Assembly: GCA_905178155.1 (NCBI GenBank)
Contig: CAJINV010000012.1
Coordinates: 181,271-245,270 of the forward strand
Direction: 5' to 3'
Length of the DNA: 64,000 bases
Source of the DNA: Amoebophrya sp. A120
Lineage: Eukaryota > Protista > Dinoflagellata
Shown here in pieces: positions 32,525 to 45,060 of the stretch (the first letter of the stretch is position 1; every line of letters begins with the position of its first letter). The notes beneath the pieces were generated by a model. That model made no database searches and was not told the DNA's origin. It was given only the letters and a program-made list of their open reading frames with translations. The translations under genes and the position numbers were made by a program.

Positions 32525-33628
32525 CTACCTTTGATGGAGAGACCTATTGTTCGGCCTAACAACAGTCTTATAAAAATGCCACAATTTTTTGTTGGCAAGG
32601 GGCTGAGCTTCCCTGTTCTCATATGTCCCAGAGTCACGGATGCCGACCCCTTCCTTATAATGAAATTCAAAGGCCTTCCCGAGGGGTTCTTTAAAGAGGT
32701 TTAGCACGGCACCAGTGAAGTCCTGGCAATTCTTTGCGTTCTCTCCGGAAAGTCCTGGCAATCCCAACGGACCATAAACGTCTTCGGCGGTTTCTTGTCC
32801 AGGTGCTCGGGGTAAATTCCTATCTATTCCAACTGCCGTCGAGTGCTCGGGGTAGATTTCTTGGAAGGCGTTTTTTGGTTGGCGGTATGCTGGAGGGAGA
32901 AGATTGGCCCCGACAGGCGGGATGCCTAGGATTTCGTTCTCAAAGGCCAGCCTGTCTAAACCGGCAGCAAAGGCGACAGAACCCTCGCTAAATGGCTCCC
33001 TTGGTCCCTCCCCCCAGTTGGTCTCGACGCAATAGGTTGACTGCGGTCCTTGTTCAATTCTATCGCGTACGCGCAAGGGTATAGGAGGAGACGGAGGCTC
33101 TTGCTCGAACTCGATAAGGTACCCACCTCCCGCCCATTCATAGTGCGCAACTTGCTGCCGCCTCCATTTGTAGCTGGGAGAGCTTTTGCTCTCGCCGAAG
33201 ACTTTGCGCAAGAGGTGAGAACCAAACGGTTTGGCCGGACGTGCCGCGTCGTTCACCCACCACTGCGCCCGGACGAAGTGATGCGCCACCCTTCTTCCCG
33301 CCTGTTTCGGAAGCAATGTGGCGCCCGGTTGAATTGGGCACCACATGGCTTCCAATATTGTTACTGAGGCCGGCTCAAAAAGCGGATTCGCAAGACATTG
33401 GACGTGGTTTGCATAGACTGACCTACCCAGGTTCTCTAGGCCGCGATCCTTGTCATACACATACATCGGGCGTATCTTCCTCTCGATAAGTGCGGCTGCT
33501 GCCACACTCTTTTTTTTGGTTATGCAGAGGTCGGCTGGGTGCTGTTCGGAATTAGTCGGGGGGGGATTTGTCCTGCATAGCTCGAAAGGATGGCGGCTGC
33601 CAACCACATCGAGTGAGAACGTAGCCAA
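32525..33628 (-). CDS. Permuted papain-like (PPPDE/LRAT-type NlpC/P60) peptidase paralogue 1
   Basis: His motif VAHHFVRAQW precedes Cys motif KNCQDF; homologous to 43617-44837 (shared NLFKxPxGKAFxxHY). Confidence 0.6.
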   Translation of the reverse strand: MATFSLDVVGSRHPFELCRTNPPPTNSEQHPADLCITKKKSVAAAALIERKIRPMYVYDKDRGLENLGRSVYANHVQCLANPLFEPASVTILEAMWCPIQPGATLLPKQAGRRVAHHFVRAQWWVNDAARPAKPFGSHLLRKVFGESKSSPSYKWRRQQVAHYEWAGGGYLIEFEQEPPSPPIPLRVRDRIEQGPQSTYCVETNWGEGPREPFSEGSVAFAAGLDRLAFENEILGIPPVGANLLPPAYRQPKNAFQEIYPEHSTAVGIDRNLPRAPGQETAEDVYGPLGLPGLSGENAKNCQDFTGAVLNLFKEPLGKAFEFHYKEGVGIRDSGTYENREAQPLANKKLWHFYKTVVRPNNRSLHQR

Positions 33629-34776
33629 GCCAGTGGCCCCTTCTACGGCGAGGGGCCACGCCGGGCGAGTTGTCCGCCCGTCCTCTCACTCTCCTTCCAC
33701 CTCCTGGCCCCGTTGAGCTTCAACGGGGCCCCACCCCCACCGGGCAAAGAAGCGGCGCCATGGCTGTCTGACTGCGCAAACAAGTACAGGCGGAAGCGCG
33801 CGCAACACGTTTTCGAAAAAGTAACACAGGCAACCCAACAAAGAGGGGCCGTCCGCGCGCGCGTAGTTTCATAGACTGTCGAGGCGACTCAGCCCCGTGA
33901 GCCCAGGCGCCCCACGGCCTTTCGTTGCAGCTGACGGAACATCGCAGGCAGCTAGCAACATTTGGGGAGCCCAATACTTCGAGCCCCAGGCCGCGCCCTT
34001 GCCTTTCATTTTTGTTGATCAGGCTCGCGGCCGCCACTCCCGGTGTACGCGAAAGCTTTCGCCCTGGGGGCGAAAGCTTCAACCCCCGCCCCGCCCTGAA
34101 CTGTTGTTGCCAAGTCGGTCGGGATGGGCCTTCCCACCCTGGAGCGGCGCAGGGCACCTAGCATGTGCTTGCCAGCTTGTTAGCCATGTAGCTTTTTTTC
34201 TTTTTCGTGAGTCCTCCGCGGCGCCGGGCCGTTTCATACATTCCTGTTGCTGAAACGGCGCGCGCATGCTATCTCGGCGGAACTCCCAACCGCCTGCCGC
34301 AGGCCAACCTCTTTATCTTTTCGAAATGGCAACACGCTGCGCCCTTTTTATGCCCCCAAAAAAACAATGCGCTGGCCACGGAGGAGCAATTTGCGGCGGG
34401 GCTGTGGGCGCTCGCGAATTTTCAGGCAGGCCTCGTTTCGCGACACGGGCCGCCCGCCACACGCATTGGCCAGGTGTGTGTCAAACCTCAAAAACACAGC
34501 AAGGCACCAGAACTACACTAGGCTACATGCTGAAGACTGGCCGCAACCTCCGGTGCCTGCACTGCTTCCGTAAGCAAAGTCATTGGGTTTGGGAATGGCA
34601 TTCATGGTCGTCCACTGCAGATCACACTTTGCGCCCCTTGCTGCTCGGCCCGAATGCCTCTGGGCCTGCCTTCTGGCAACTTCTGCAGTGGGTGCAGGCA
34701 ACCACACAAAAAATGGCTGGGGGGCTGAAACGAAACTACCCCAAATCCCTGCCGGGTGGGTTGTTTTGATATATAA

Positions 34777-35310
34777 TATAGGTTGTTATACAGGAATCTC
34801 AACGGTTTCATCTCAATACTATGCACGGCCTTATGTTAAAACACGAGCGAAAACTTGCGAAATCACTCTTGTAAAAACGCGAATCCGTCTCAACGAGTGC
34901 ATCTCAACGGCCTGATAGGCCTCAACGACTTTCCGATGACCTCAACGACTGGTCTCAACGAAAAACACGGCCAAGAACTCACCGGCGCAAAAGGCGGCCG
35001 CCCCATGGAAAAAGCAGAGCAGCAGACCGGACAGGAAAGGAGGGCCACGCAATGAATTAGAAAAGCACAAGGCGCAGCGGGAGCACGCGCGCCGGGATGG
35101 CACAACACAAGGACGAAAGAAGAGAATCGCCGGGCAGGGCACCCGACGACCCTAAACCCCAAACCCGCCAAACCCGAAACCCTAAACCAGTGGAGCAGGC
35201 GGCATCGATTTCGTGTGCCGGCCGTTGCGATATATTTCTCAACGTTGAGCTGTGAGGTCTCAACGTTGAGATCTAAGAGTGCAGTTGAGATTCCTGTAGT
35301 ACAACCTGTA
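34777..35310. mobile_element. Intergenic TA-ended MITE with internal TCTCAAC repeats
   Basis: TIR TATAGGTTGTTATACAGGAATCTCAAC / GTTGAGATTCCTGTAGTACAACCTGTA; several CTCAACG copies. Confidence 0.75.
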
Positions 35311-35492
35311 ATATTCGCACAGACACAGTCACAGGGCGGAAGGCCACACAAGTTTTATGCCGGAGTCCGGATTTATTTGTCCTCATTTACTTATTTGCTC
35401 AGGCGCGTCCTGCAGAGACCGTTGCTTTCTATGGCCGTCCTGCTGCATTCGCGCTGCAAAATAAAATTCTCGAGCGGGGTAACAAATTAAGA

Positions 35493-36786
35493 TTACTTTC
35501 CACCCGCCCAGCCGGCGGGTGGGTGCCGCTTATTAAGCAGCACCGACCACAAGAACACAAATCTCATCCCACCCCAACTCGACGGACCCCACCCGCCTGC
35601 AGCTCCCATAGCGTCTTCCTTTGGTTGTGCGCCCGGGGTACTGGCGCCTAAAATGGTTGAGCCGATACTCCCTCCTCCACTCTTGTTCTTCTGTCGCTTC
35701 GGCGTTTCTTGTTGTTTCTCTTCGACATGGCCTTGGGATTCCTTTTCCACAAAAACGGACTTTTCCTCTCCACTCATCAACGCCGGCACTCCGCCCTCCC
35801 GGTCGAGGCCGTTTTGTTCACTTGTCGTGGGCGGCAACACGGGCGCATGGCCGGCCTCTTGTGTGCCGGCAGGCGGGCTTCGGCCCGCCGAGGCTTCGCG
35901 CGATAAGCCCAATACCGGGCGGCCCGCCTCGGCGGCGACGCTCTCAACTTGGCTTCCTGGCGCAACGTCCCCGCCTTTTCTCGCCTGGCCGACATTTTGC
36001 TCCGCGACACCGCCAACCGTTCTCCCGGCGCGCTGCTGTGTACCAACGACGCTTTCATTCTTTGGTGGCAAAAGCAGAGGCGACTGCGTCGCCGCTTTCG
36101 TTGTGTCTCGCCGTCGTACGGTGGCCGCGCTCTTGCTCATCCCCAGGCGGTCCCTCCACCTTCTGGGCAAAACCGGCACTGCTGCTTTCCTCGTCGGGCA
36201 GCACCGGGTGTGACGATGGAGCTTTTTCCACCTCATCTTTGAGAAACTCAAATGGAGACGCAGTAGCACTGGAGGTTTCGCGATTTTCCGCCAGTGTCTG
36301 TGCCGGTTGCTTCGCGTCCGGATCCGCGCAGGTGTGCTGGTCATCTGAAACCCAACAACCGCCTTTAGAAGAAGTCGAAGAACTTCTCCCGTGCTTGTCA
36401 CTGCCAATGCGCTGGTGCTTTTCGTCGTTCTTGATTTCCGCAGCCTTCTTCTTTCCCGTCGCCTCCTTCTCCAAAACGGTCGAGGCGCTTTTCTCGTCAT
36501 CCACGGTTTCCTTGCTATAATCGTTCGAAGCAGTAGAAGAAGACGAAGCGGTGTTCGTAGACGAAGACGAGCTGCGCCGTTTTCTCCGCCGTCGCTTTCT
36601 CGTTTTACTCGCGCCCGCCTGCTGTCGCGCCGCGTTGCGCCCTGACAAATCCTCTGGAAGCTCCACATGATTCGCCAAGCCCGGGTCGTCGAGTAAATCC
36701 CCACTTCCACCAGATATTGGGCTGCCGGCACCCTTGTTGCCTTTGTTCGGCCGCCGGAGAGTTATTCTACAGAAAAGCAATCCCAT
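35493..36786 (-). CDS. Low-complexity protein starting MGLLFC (copy 1; frameshifted near 36055)
   Basis: ORFs 36055-36786 and 35493-36731; frame supported by synonymous differences versus copies at 46308-47455 and 57713-58820. Confidence 0.5.
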
Positions 36787-37326
36787 ACATTACCAGTGGA
36801 ATAAAGTAAATCTACATTTGCGCTTCGGTAGTATTTGGTGCCATTCTTATATTTCTGTCATTGAGAACTACGCGTTTTTTTTCTCGTGCCTCTGCGTCTC
36901 TATTTCTCTTCTGCTGCCAATATCTAGCATCACAAACTGAATGAACTCCCATAACTTCGCTCTGCATGGCAGAGAGTTTGTGGAAGGTTTGTGAACAGTC
37001 GTGCGGGCGACTCGGTGTTCTTGCTGTTTGTTCTGCGCCGAAAGAACTTCAACATCTTCGTGCTGGATTGCACTTTGCTGCGCGTCGGCTGCTACAATAA
37101 CCACAGAAGTAGATGATCGCCGCGCGCAAGGAAAGGAGGAGGTGCCGACTTGATGGCCGCCGCTGCGCTCCTTCTCCGCTTCGTCGGCGAGCGGGTGCTC
37201 GGTTCCAGTTTGTGCTTCCGTGCTCGCAGGAACGGCCTTGTTTCCATTTTTGCCCCGTCCGTTCTTCCGTCCCCCGCCCGTTCTTTTCCCGCCGTACTGG
37301 CAGTTCCTCTTACCCGAAGCTTTACT

Positions 37327-37604
37327 TATGCATTGCAAATATGTCTGGGTCTGGAACAGCACTGTGAGACATGTAATATTGCTGAACTCGCATACCCCTG
37401 AACTCTGTATATGCATGTTGTGGGATAGCGTTCGCGGCAAAGCCAATCCTCTGTCATGTAAACACGGGGTTTGTCTTCATGCGGGCTGCGCACACAATAA
37501 CCGCTCAGAAATTTCTCATGCGTGGCTGCGTATTGGAATCAGTTCGTGACGCATGTGGCAGCATCACAAGTTCCCAGACCCAGACATTATATTTGCAGTG
37601 GATA
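37327..37604. mobile_element. Introner family D (same site in all three duplicated units)
   Basis: D-type TIRs; TSD TTACT/TTGCT. Confidence 0.85.
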
Positions 37605-37660
37605 TTGCTGCTACGCTTGCGGTTTTTCCGACGACGATTCCGCCTCGGGCCCGCTCGAGC

Positions 37661-37813
37661 TATCATGTGCAAAAGTATCACACACGTAGCAATTGCAGCC
37701 ATGCATGACAAATCTGGATCTGGTTTCTTAGCTCATTCAGCATTACAAATTCCATTTTTTCTTCAGGAAAAATTTGCATTCCTACTAGTACGATTATACT
37801 TTTGCAATGCATA
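37661..37813. mobile_element. Introner family A (same site in all three units)
   Basis: A-type TIRs; TSD CGAGC/CGAAT. Confidence 0.85.
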
Positions 37814-39572
37814 CGAATCGAAGATCGAAGACGCTTCGTCATTTTGATTTTTCAAGGAATTCACCTTCACCCGGTCTTCTTCTTCAGCGAGGGCTGCTCC
37901 AGTGGGGAAAAAAAACTCCGTGTGTGCCTGATCATACAGATTAATTTTGATGTGAAAAAATCAAGAGCATTTGCAGTTTGTCATGCGTAACGTGACCACG
38001 AGCTTCGTCAAGAACCTTCCACACCGCTGCTGCCTCATTGTAATTAATAAGGGTTTTCAGAGTAAGAGTATCTAAAGCGATTGTTTGAAGATGTTCTTAG
38101 TAGCTCTGCATCACACCATTTGCAACTGGTGGACTCAGTTCCAAGTGTAACGAACCCCTGCGCCAAGGAATTTGTCCAGAATCAATATCCTGAAACTAAA
38201 CTAGGTAAGTAGAGTCCGTCCTTACCTTTCCTCGAGTCTGGTTCCGCTTGTAGTAGTTCCACTTGCTTCTACAACTCAGCCCGTTCTTCAACGAGTAAGT
38301 ACTGTAGGCGTAAATTTCTTGTAGTTTGCAAACCTCGCGATTGATGAACTTGCAAGGCGTTCTGGAATCTGTGAAAATCAAAAAAAATTCTTAATTATAT
38401 CGTTGAAAAGGTATACGAAAGCAAAAAGTGTTGGAGGGCTAGATGACTGAAAAAACGTCCTTTCAATTGATAGAAATACGGTACGAAAAATCTGCAAATA
38501 ATGTGGAGGCTCTCGGGATACGAGGAAAACGTTTTTTGACAAGCGCTCGCAATTTGTACTTTCGTGCTTAGGTGAAGAAACTCTTTCTCTACTTGGGGGA
38601 AAACGAAAACGTAAAGGAATTGTTGTTCGTGCTGTGGAAAAAAATATTTCTTTGTGCTTCGCAAAAAAAAAGTATTTGATATAGTGCGACCTCAAAAAGT
38701 GCTGAGATTCTGCAAATTGTGGATGAGAAGTTGGTCGGCTGGGATGGTAGAGGACCGGAGGATATCCGACATACACAGCGTCAACAACCTGCGAAGAAAT
38801 GAAATGATCGCACTACTTTGCAATGTATGAGTCAGTCGCTGATGGCAGCGAAACGTAAAGTAAGAAAATGATAAAGAACGAAGACGCTTGAAAAGTCAAG
38901 AGAATTTCACTCGTATTTTTCCTTTTTAAACACCACGGTATACCAGATCGGTTTCCAGAACGAGGAGTGGTGACCGACTCTAACGAAAAAATCGAAACCT
39001 GTTTATCCACCCGGCGTTGCACGAAGTTGTTCTACATACTTTTTACACGCATCCAATTCATATTATTCAATATTTTCTTTGTCCGCCGCACAAATGCGTT
39101 TGCCTTCAGAAAGTAGACGAACGACAGGACGAGTAGTCACCGAGATCGTGGCTGTAGGACTTTTTTCCGGACGAGGACGACGAAGAAACTACTTACTCGC
39201 CACACACGAAGTACACCGACTTGGGGCGGGAAGAAAAAACCTGCATAACACCGAGGATGCGAGGCTTTTTCGGTTTTTCATCCACTGTTCTTGTAGTTCA
39301 TAAACTATCACTAGTGCGATTACGAATGAATGGCGCAGGAGTAAGCTGAAGTCAGACGAAGCGCACATGGCAGATAGACAGATGAGGTTTGTACTTTTTT
39401 ATCGTGCTTCAAAACCACACTTAATATCCTCAACCTAAAAGACCGAAAAACGAACCCTGTCTTGAACAAAACCGATGACTGCAGACAGGGAGGCTGAAAA
39501 TGCGCTCGACCGGCCCACAAGGTTATATTGCTTGACGTCCAACGGCTGTGCTTATTGCTGTCGCTGTGGATG

Positions 39573-39834
39573 TATCAAATGTAAAAATGTCTGGGTCTGG
39601 AAGAATGCGCGATTTGTCATGCAGCTTTTCCATGACCCATGAAGCCTGGAATGCAGGACCTAGCATGACAGATTCTGTGCAGTCACTCTCATGCCTTTCC
39701 TGCATGAGAAACTCCCTCCCGACTTGGTCAAAACTGGACGACTTTTGGTAATCATGCAACACAGATTTTTGCATGCTTCAGATATAGCATGACAAGTTGC
39801 ATTCTTCCAGACCCAGACATTTTTACATTTGATA
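39573..39834. mobile_element. Introner family D
   Basis: Near-perfect TIR TATCAAATGTAAAAATGTCTGGGTCTGGAAGAATGC; TSD GGATG; absent from paralogues at ~50402 and ~62206. Confidence 0.92.
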
Positions 39835-40196
39835 GGATGGTGCTGGAAAGTACATGCAACACTACACAAAACAAAAGCACAGCATCAGACCGCAGAGATC
39901 TTGCACTCCTTCGTATGTGTTCTACAGATCCGGTATCGACGGTAATTGTGTACTCTACAGTTTTTTCTGGCGCGCCGCAGATGCAGCTCCACCTACGTCT
40001 GCTGGTGCAGTACTATACTTCAGCATCACGAACTCGCTGTACTTCTTTTTGGAACTGCGGCAAAGGAGGTTTTTTGTCATGCAGAAAAGCGAAGATGATG
40101 CATGTGCAGGAAGCTGGAATGCAGGTATACATGGACAAAAACAGTTGCTCGTTACCCTGGACCAAAGATTCGCTCCGCCCATACTTCACGTGAAGA

Positions 40197-40385
40197 GGGT
40201 CTGGAAGAATGGAACTTGTCATGCTATTAAATCTAAATGATGCAAAAATCTGTGCTGCGTAAGTGCGTGATAGAGACCTCAAAGAGTCTGTCATGCCGGG
40301 TCTCGCATCGAGACCTCGTGGGGCATGGAAAACCTGCACCACAAATCTTGCATTCTTCCAGACCCAGACATTTTTACATTTGATA
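40197..40385. mobile_element. Left-truncated introner family D at a duplication junction
   Basis: Right TIR intact (CCAGACCCAGACATTTTTACATTTGATA); left end starts abruptly at GGGTCTGGAAGAAT. Confidence 0.75.
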
Positions 40386-41757
40386 GCGGAACATCTTTTG
40401 GTGCCCGGTCCACCGCGGCGGTTCCTCGCAGAAGGTGGCGCTGGATCCGCTCGTGTACAACGGGCACATCTACACCACCCGTAGAGGGCCACGATCCTGC
40501 AGCTGCAGCTCCCTCTCCTGCTGCGGCGTCTGCATGTTGATACTCCTCCCCGCCCCCTCCAGGTAGAAGAAGGGAAACAGGATGTAGAAGTAGCAGCCGG
40601 TCGCGGAGAAAATTACCGCTGCGTCCTATTGACGGCGCGTCCAACTGTGCCTGTGGTAATGGGAACGCACCAGCTCCTGTCGCATCGAGAAAGCCCCCGA
40701 TGAAAGAAGTGGCTCGACCACTACTAGCAGACCCGGACTGGGCGAAGAAGTGGCACTCGATAAACGACCGGAAGATGGAAGGTCCCGCCCTATGGAAGCG
40801 CCAGGACCGAAAGCGACAGACTTTTGAAATAATCTGTGATGCATAAAATACAAGCCACGAAGCGCCTGGCTTGCAGGGATTGCAAGAGCGGCCGATATTA
40901 TTGCAAGCCTGTTTGGGGTCGTTTGGGATACTAGAGCTGCTAAACACACAAGCAGGAGGATGTCTCCTTTCCCTAAACAGGCTAACAGACTGGATTTACA
41001 TGATGCCTAAATTTGTCATGCGCCGCTTGAGAATTGAATGGGGCTTCCAAAAACTGGCATCGATTTTATGCACCAAAAATTTTTGAACCTGCTCGATTTC
41101 GATTCTGACGCCGCCGTACGCCCTGGCGGTCGGGTATAGTTTCGGCAGGAACAGGAAGAGGAGGAACAGGGAACAGAGGAGCAGGTAACCCACCCACTGG
41201 TAGAACAACACGACCCCGGAGAGATCAAGTTTTTTCCCGGTCTGAAAAATCACCTGCACCTGCGAACTGTTGATTTCCTCTGCCGAGACCGCCGCCGACG
41301 CACGATTAGTTTTCAACAACGAAGCGCCAGCTCCTATTCCTGCTGCCTGTTGTGGTTGACAGTTGATTCTTTCGTCTTCTCGTCGTCCTGTTAGTTCTTC
41401 ATTTACATTTCCACGACCCACGCCAACGGCAGCAACCAAGAGAGATGCTGTTTCTGGCGATTCTGGACTACCGTCGAGGCTTTTACTCCTTTTTCCAGTC
41501 GAATCATTTTCCCCACGAGCGACCTTGTCCTGCTTGATTTGGTCTCGCGTCAGTCCCGCGAATAAACGGACGCTTTTCTGGTGATGTTCCTGCTTGAATT
41601 GCAGCGAGGCGTGGCTCTTTCTGCTTCTGCGCAGATGCCACAGAAAGGTCTCGACCGCGATAGTGGCTGCGGTGACGTAGAAAAAAATGAACCCGCTCGC
41701 CGTGGGGCACAGGCGACACGGAATCGGGGTCTGTTCGGCAGCGAAAAAATTCTCCAT
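40386..41757 (-). pseudogene. Truncated duplicate of the P5 ATPase 5' end
   Basis: MENFFAAEQTPIPCRLCPTASGFIFFYV... nearly identical to 17755-19520 minus its introners; ends at the truncated D element. Confidence 0.85.
40791..41118. mobile_element. Introner family E
   Basis: E-type TIRs; TSD CGCCC; absent from the paralogue at ~18468. Confidence 0.88.
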
Positions 41758-43616
41758 GGTGTATTCGAAATTTAATTTCTTCGCTGATGTTGATGTTAGT
41801 GAGAAAAAAGTAGATAAATGAGCTGCCTCAAGTTGTAAAGTATCTACCTTGCTCGTGACAGTTTTACCTTTCCTTCGTCACTACAGGCACTGAAGGACCT
41901 ACGTATAATAATTGTTCGACCATTTTTCTATTTTTTCATTCTGTTGTAGTAATTTTCAAATACGCCGTTCATAAGATCGAAACAACGACAGGCACAGGCC
42001 CGATGGATAGTGATGGTTCTTGCCGACCAATACTATTGCTTATTCGTGTGGGGCCTATAAACACCGGCCTCAAAATATCGCGTTTCTAGCCTTTCCGCAA
42101 AATACGTACAAAATGCGGGATGGAAAGGGCCACTCCGTGAAGAACAAATGGTATGAAAAAGAGAACCACAAACGCGATCTGATTTTGACGTTCCAAATAT
42201 TGGAAGGGAATAAACGATCCGGTGCTGAGGAACTTCAAAAAAACCAGAAAACATATGGCAGGCAGGAAAACCGAAAATGTCGCCCAAAACGTACGCACGA
42301 GGATCCGACGGGTGTCATCAAGTGCTGCAACGGCGATACGCCGCCGCCCAGCTAGGACAAATCTACATCTGCTATTTCAACTTTTTCTACGTATCATGAA
42401 GATGCACAAGTCACCGTCTTCAGCAGGACACGCTGGTTGCAACTAGATGAAGAGCGTACTCCTCGCCACACTGTTAATTAAGTATTTCTTTTTTTGGCAC
42501 CAAGACACCTCCTCAAGAAGCGCACTTGGCCTCCCAATGCTCTCGGATCTCTTTTGTTTTTTTTTTGGCTTCAAAACCTCTGCGGAAGAGGAGGAGCCTT
42601 CGTCTTTTTATTGTGGCGCGCTTGATCTACAAAGCAGAATTCGCAAACAACAGGAAATGCGCAATATTCCTGATGGATCCTCCTGCCCACGGTGTTTATC
42701 ATGAGAATGAAAACGTCAAACTCTAACGCGTACCCTTGGGCGTTCTCTTTTTCAGAAAGTCCGCGACACACAATATGATCTGCAAGCGCTTCCAAAAGCG
42801 TCGCGAAGGTGATCCATTCATAAACGCAGTTGCAATGCTCGACTTTCGGACACTACTTGCTACATTCATTCTCCCCGCCAACTGTGGCCACCAAATGGAA
42901 CAAAAAAGGCGCGTCGACCGGACTTGCAATCATGGGATCAATGTTCATATACCAAAACCACGTGGAAAAACCAACTGTGACATTCCTAGAACCAGTAGAA
43001 CCAGAAATAGAACACATTTTTAAAAGCGAAGAACAATGGTACACATCGACGCCTTCAGAACAGATGCCGGGCATCAATTTCAGTTGCCGGCCTATGAGTG
43101 CCATTGCAGGTATGTTGTAGCTGTTTCTATCCCGTTCGATGGAGGGCGGGCAGCGGGAGTCGCTTGCCCCCATCTGGTTCGATAGTTAAACAGGGGGGTT
43201 AGACTTTCTTTCACTCAATAAACCCGGTATATTTATTCCGAAATCCAAAACTTCTTGTTGATAGTCGTCGACGAAATGAAAATGTGGTCTCCTCTCTCTT
43301 TACAAAAATTCATGACTTCTTGTATACAAGTGCTACAGCTTCACAGTCAAAAATACGATGCACAGACCCGCCGAAGGCAAAGCAAAATAATAGATTGAAG
43401 TCACCATCTTGGACAGCCAGTTTTTAAAAGAAAAAGACGACGAGACAGGGAACCACACTGGGTCAACGGCAGCCAACCTCAAAAGACGGGCACTTCTAAT
43501 GAAGAAAACTAACATCGCAATCGCTCAAGCTACATCGCTACCATTTAGTTCGAAATACAGGGCGCCAGAATTAGGCGGTTGCCCAACAGCTTCTCATCTA
43601 GGAGCGGCCATCGTGG

Positions 43617-44837
43617 TTACCTCCCGTATTCTGTTGGGCAGTGCCCGCGGTTCACCCCGGGTTGCACCATATAGCCATCAACTGTGGTCCACGGCGACCC
43701 AATCCTCGTCGGCCGGGTGGCATAATGCAAATCAAAAGCTTTGCCCCAGGGCGTCTTGAAAAGATTAAAAACGTCTTGAGTAAATGTTTCACAGTTGTGC
43801 GTGAACAACTCATACATGTCCCGCCCAGCTGCACTATACAGATACGAGCCTGGAAGCGGGGCCATCGGGGGCCCGCTTCTATGGGCTCGCTGCTGCCGGA
43901 CCGACCCGCCCCCGTGGGGAATCAAGTTGTTCAAACGCGCGCGCGCGTCCTTCGGAGGTGAATAAAGTTGTGGACTTAGAAAAAAAATTTGGTCCAGGTC
44001 CTCCGGTGTCAGATTAGCAGCACAAACACTGACGTGACTCTTCTGGAAGAAAGGCTGCCATGTTTCAGGGCAGTAGGTAGAAAAAAAAGATCTTTTGAGC
44101 CTCTGCCCCTGCATCTGATTCTGATGGATGCCAGTGTTGTCAGGTACCATCCTGTACGTCCTTTTTCGGTGCAACCACTCCCGACCATTGTGAGGAAGCA
44201 CTTGCGAAACGTACCCCGCCGATGCCCACTCGTAACTAACAGCAGTGGCGAGTCTGACCTCATAGTGTTCAGGACCGTCGAGCTCCACTGGAGAAACGAG
44301 GACCTCTACTGGCTGCGGCCTGTCGAACCGTGCAACGAAAAACAAATGCTCGGGCCAGACGTCACGAAAAAAATCGGAATCCCTCGGCATCCAGCTTGGG
44401 CAGTGCCAGGCCTCCAAGGTAGTTCTGAAAAAAATGCCCGCGTGGTCCGGCTGACGTAATAGCGGATAGACGAACAGTCTACGCACCTTTTCGGCCAAGT
44501 CCTCGTGATTCTGCTCTCGATGAAGTCCCCATATTCGTCCTGCCTCTCTTCGTCGTCGTACTATCTCATCTTGCCATTGTTGTTCTGGGCTGCGAAAAGT
44601 TGCTGGAAGGCGAGTCGCCCCCCTCAGTGAAGGCCTGCTAAGTGCCGTGCTAAGTGACGTCTTAAGTGAGGTGCCAATTGCCGTAAGCGAATTGCTACGC
44701 CGTCGGAGCCCGGGATGCGACTTCTCGATGAGTGCCGCGCCTGCCGTAGTTGTTTTTTTTGTGATGCAAGCGTCAGCCGGTTTGGGGTTCTCTTCGGAGT
44801 TACGCAAGTTTTTTGCATTGCGGTTAGCGACATGCAA
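43617..44837 (-). CDS. Permuted papain-like (PPPDE/LRAT-type) peptidase paralogue 2
   Basis: 406-aa intronless ORF; WPEHLFFVA ... SYEWASAG ... YELFTHNCETF (YxLxxxNCxxF signature). Confidence 0.65.
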   Translation of the reverse strand: MHVANRNAKNLRNSEENPKPADACITKKTTTAGAALIEKSHPGLRRRSNSLTAIGTSLKTSLSTALSRPSLRGATRLPATFRSPEQQWQDEIVRRRREAGRIWGLHREQNHEDLAEKVRRLFVYPLLRQPDHAGIFFRTTLEAWHCPSWMPRDSDFFRDVWPEHLFFVARFDRPQPVEVLVSPVELDGPEHYEVRLATAVSYEWASAGYVSQVLPHNGREWLHRKRTYRMVPDNTGIHQNQMQGQRLKRSFFSTYCPETWQPFFQKSHVSVCAANLTPEDLDQIFFLSPQLYSPPKDARARLNNLIPHGGGSVRQQRAHRSGPPMAPLPGSYLYSAAGRDMYELFTHNCETFTQDVFNLFKTPWGKAFDLHYATRPTRIGSPWTTVDGYMVQPGVNRGHCPTEYGR

Positions 44838-45060
44838 ATGCAGGGCAATTTAATTTTAATTGTCGCCTGACAAGCCAGGATGATTCCTCAACAGGCTTTT
44901 CAGGATTTCCACGACGAAAGAGCATGCGTTCTCGCTGTTCGCACCAGTGCAAGAGGGCCGCGATTGTTTCAGTAGCCTGCGCGGCGGCTTAGAGTACTTA
45001 TTTCAACAGCCAGGCAGCCTACTGAAACTCTCGCTGCGTAGTGGGTTCTAAGAAAGCCGC

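Larger units (their letters stand above)
36868..39560 (-). pseudogene. Triplicated, introner-containing gene or pseudogene of unknown function (copy 1)
   Basis: Highly similar to 47474-50410 and 58902-62200; no continuous frame could be assembled. Confidence 0.35.

Noticed and set aside
42020-43173. Short plus-strand ORFs that could form a gene
   Set aside because: No recognisable motif or consistent exon chain
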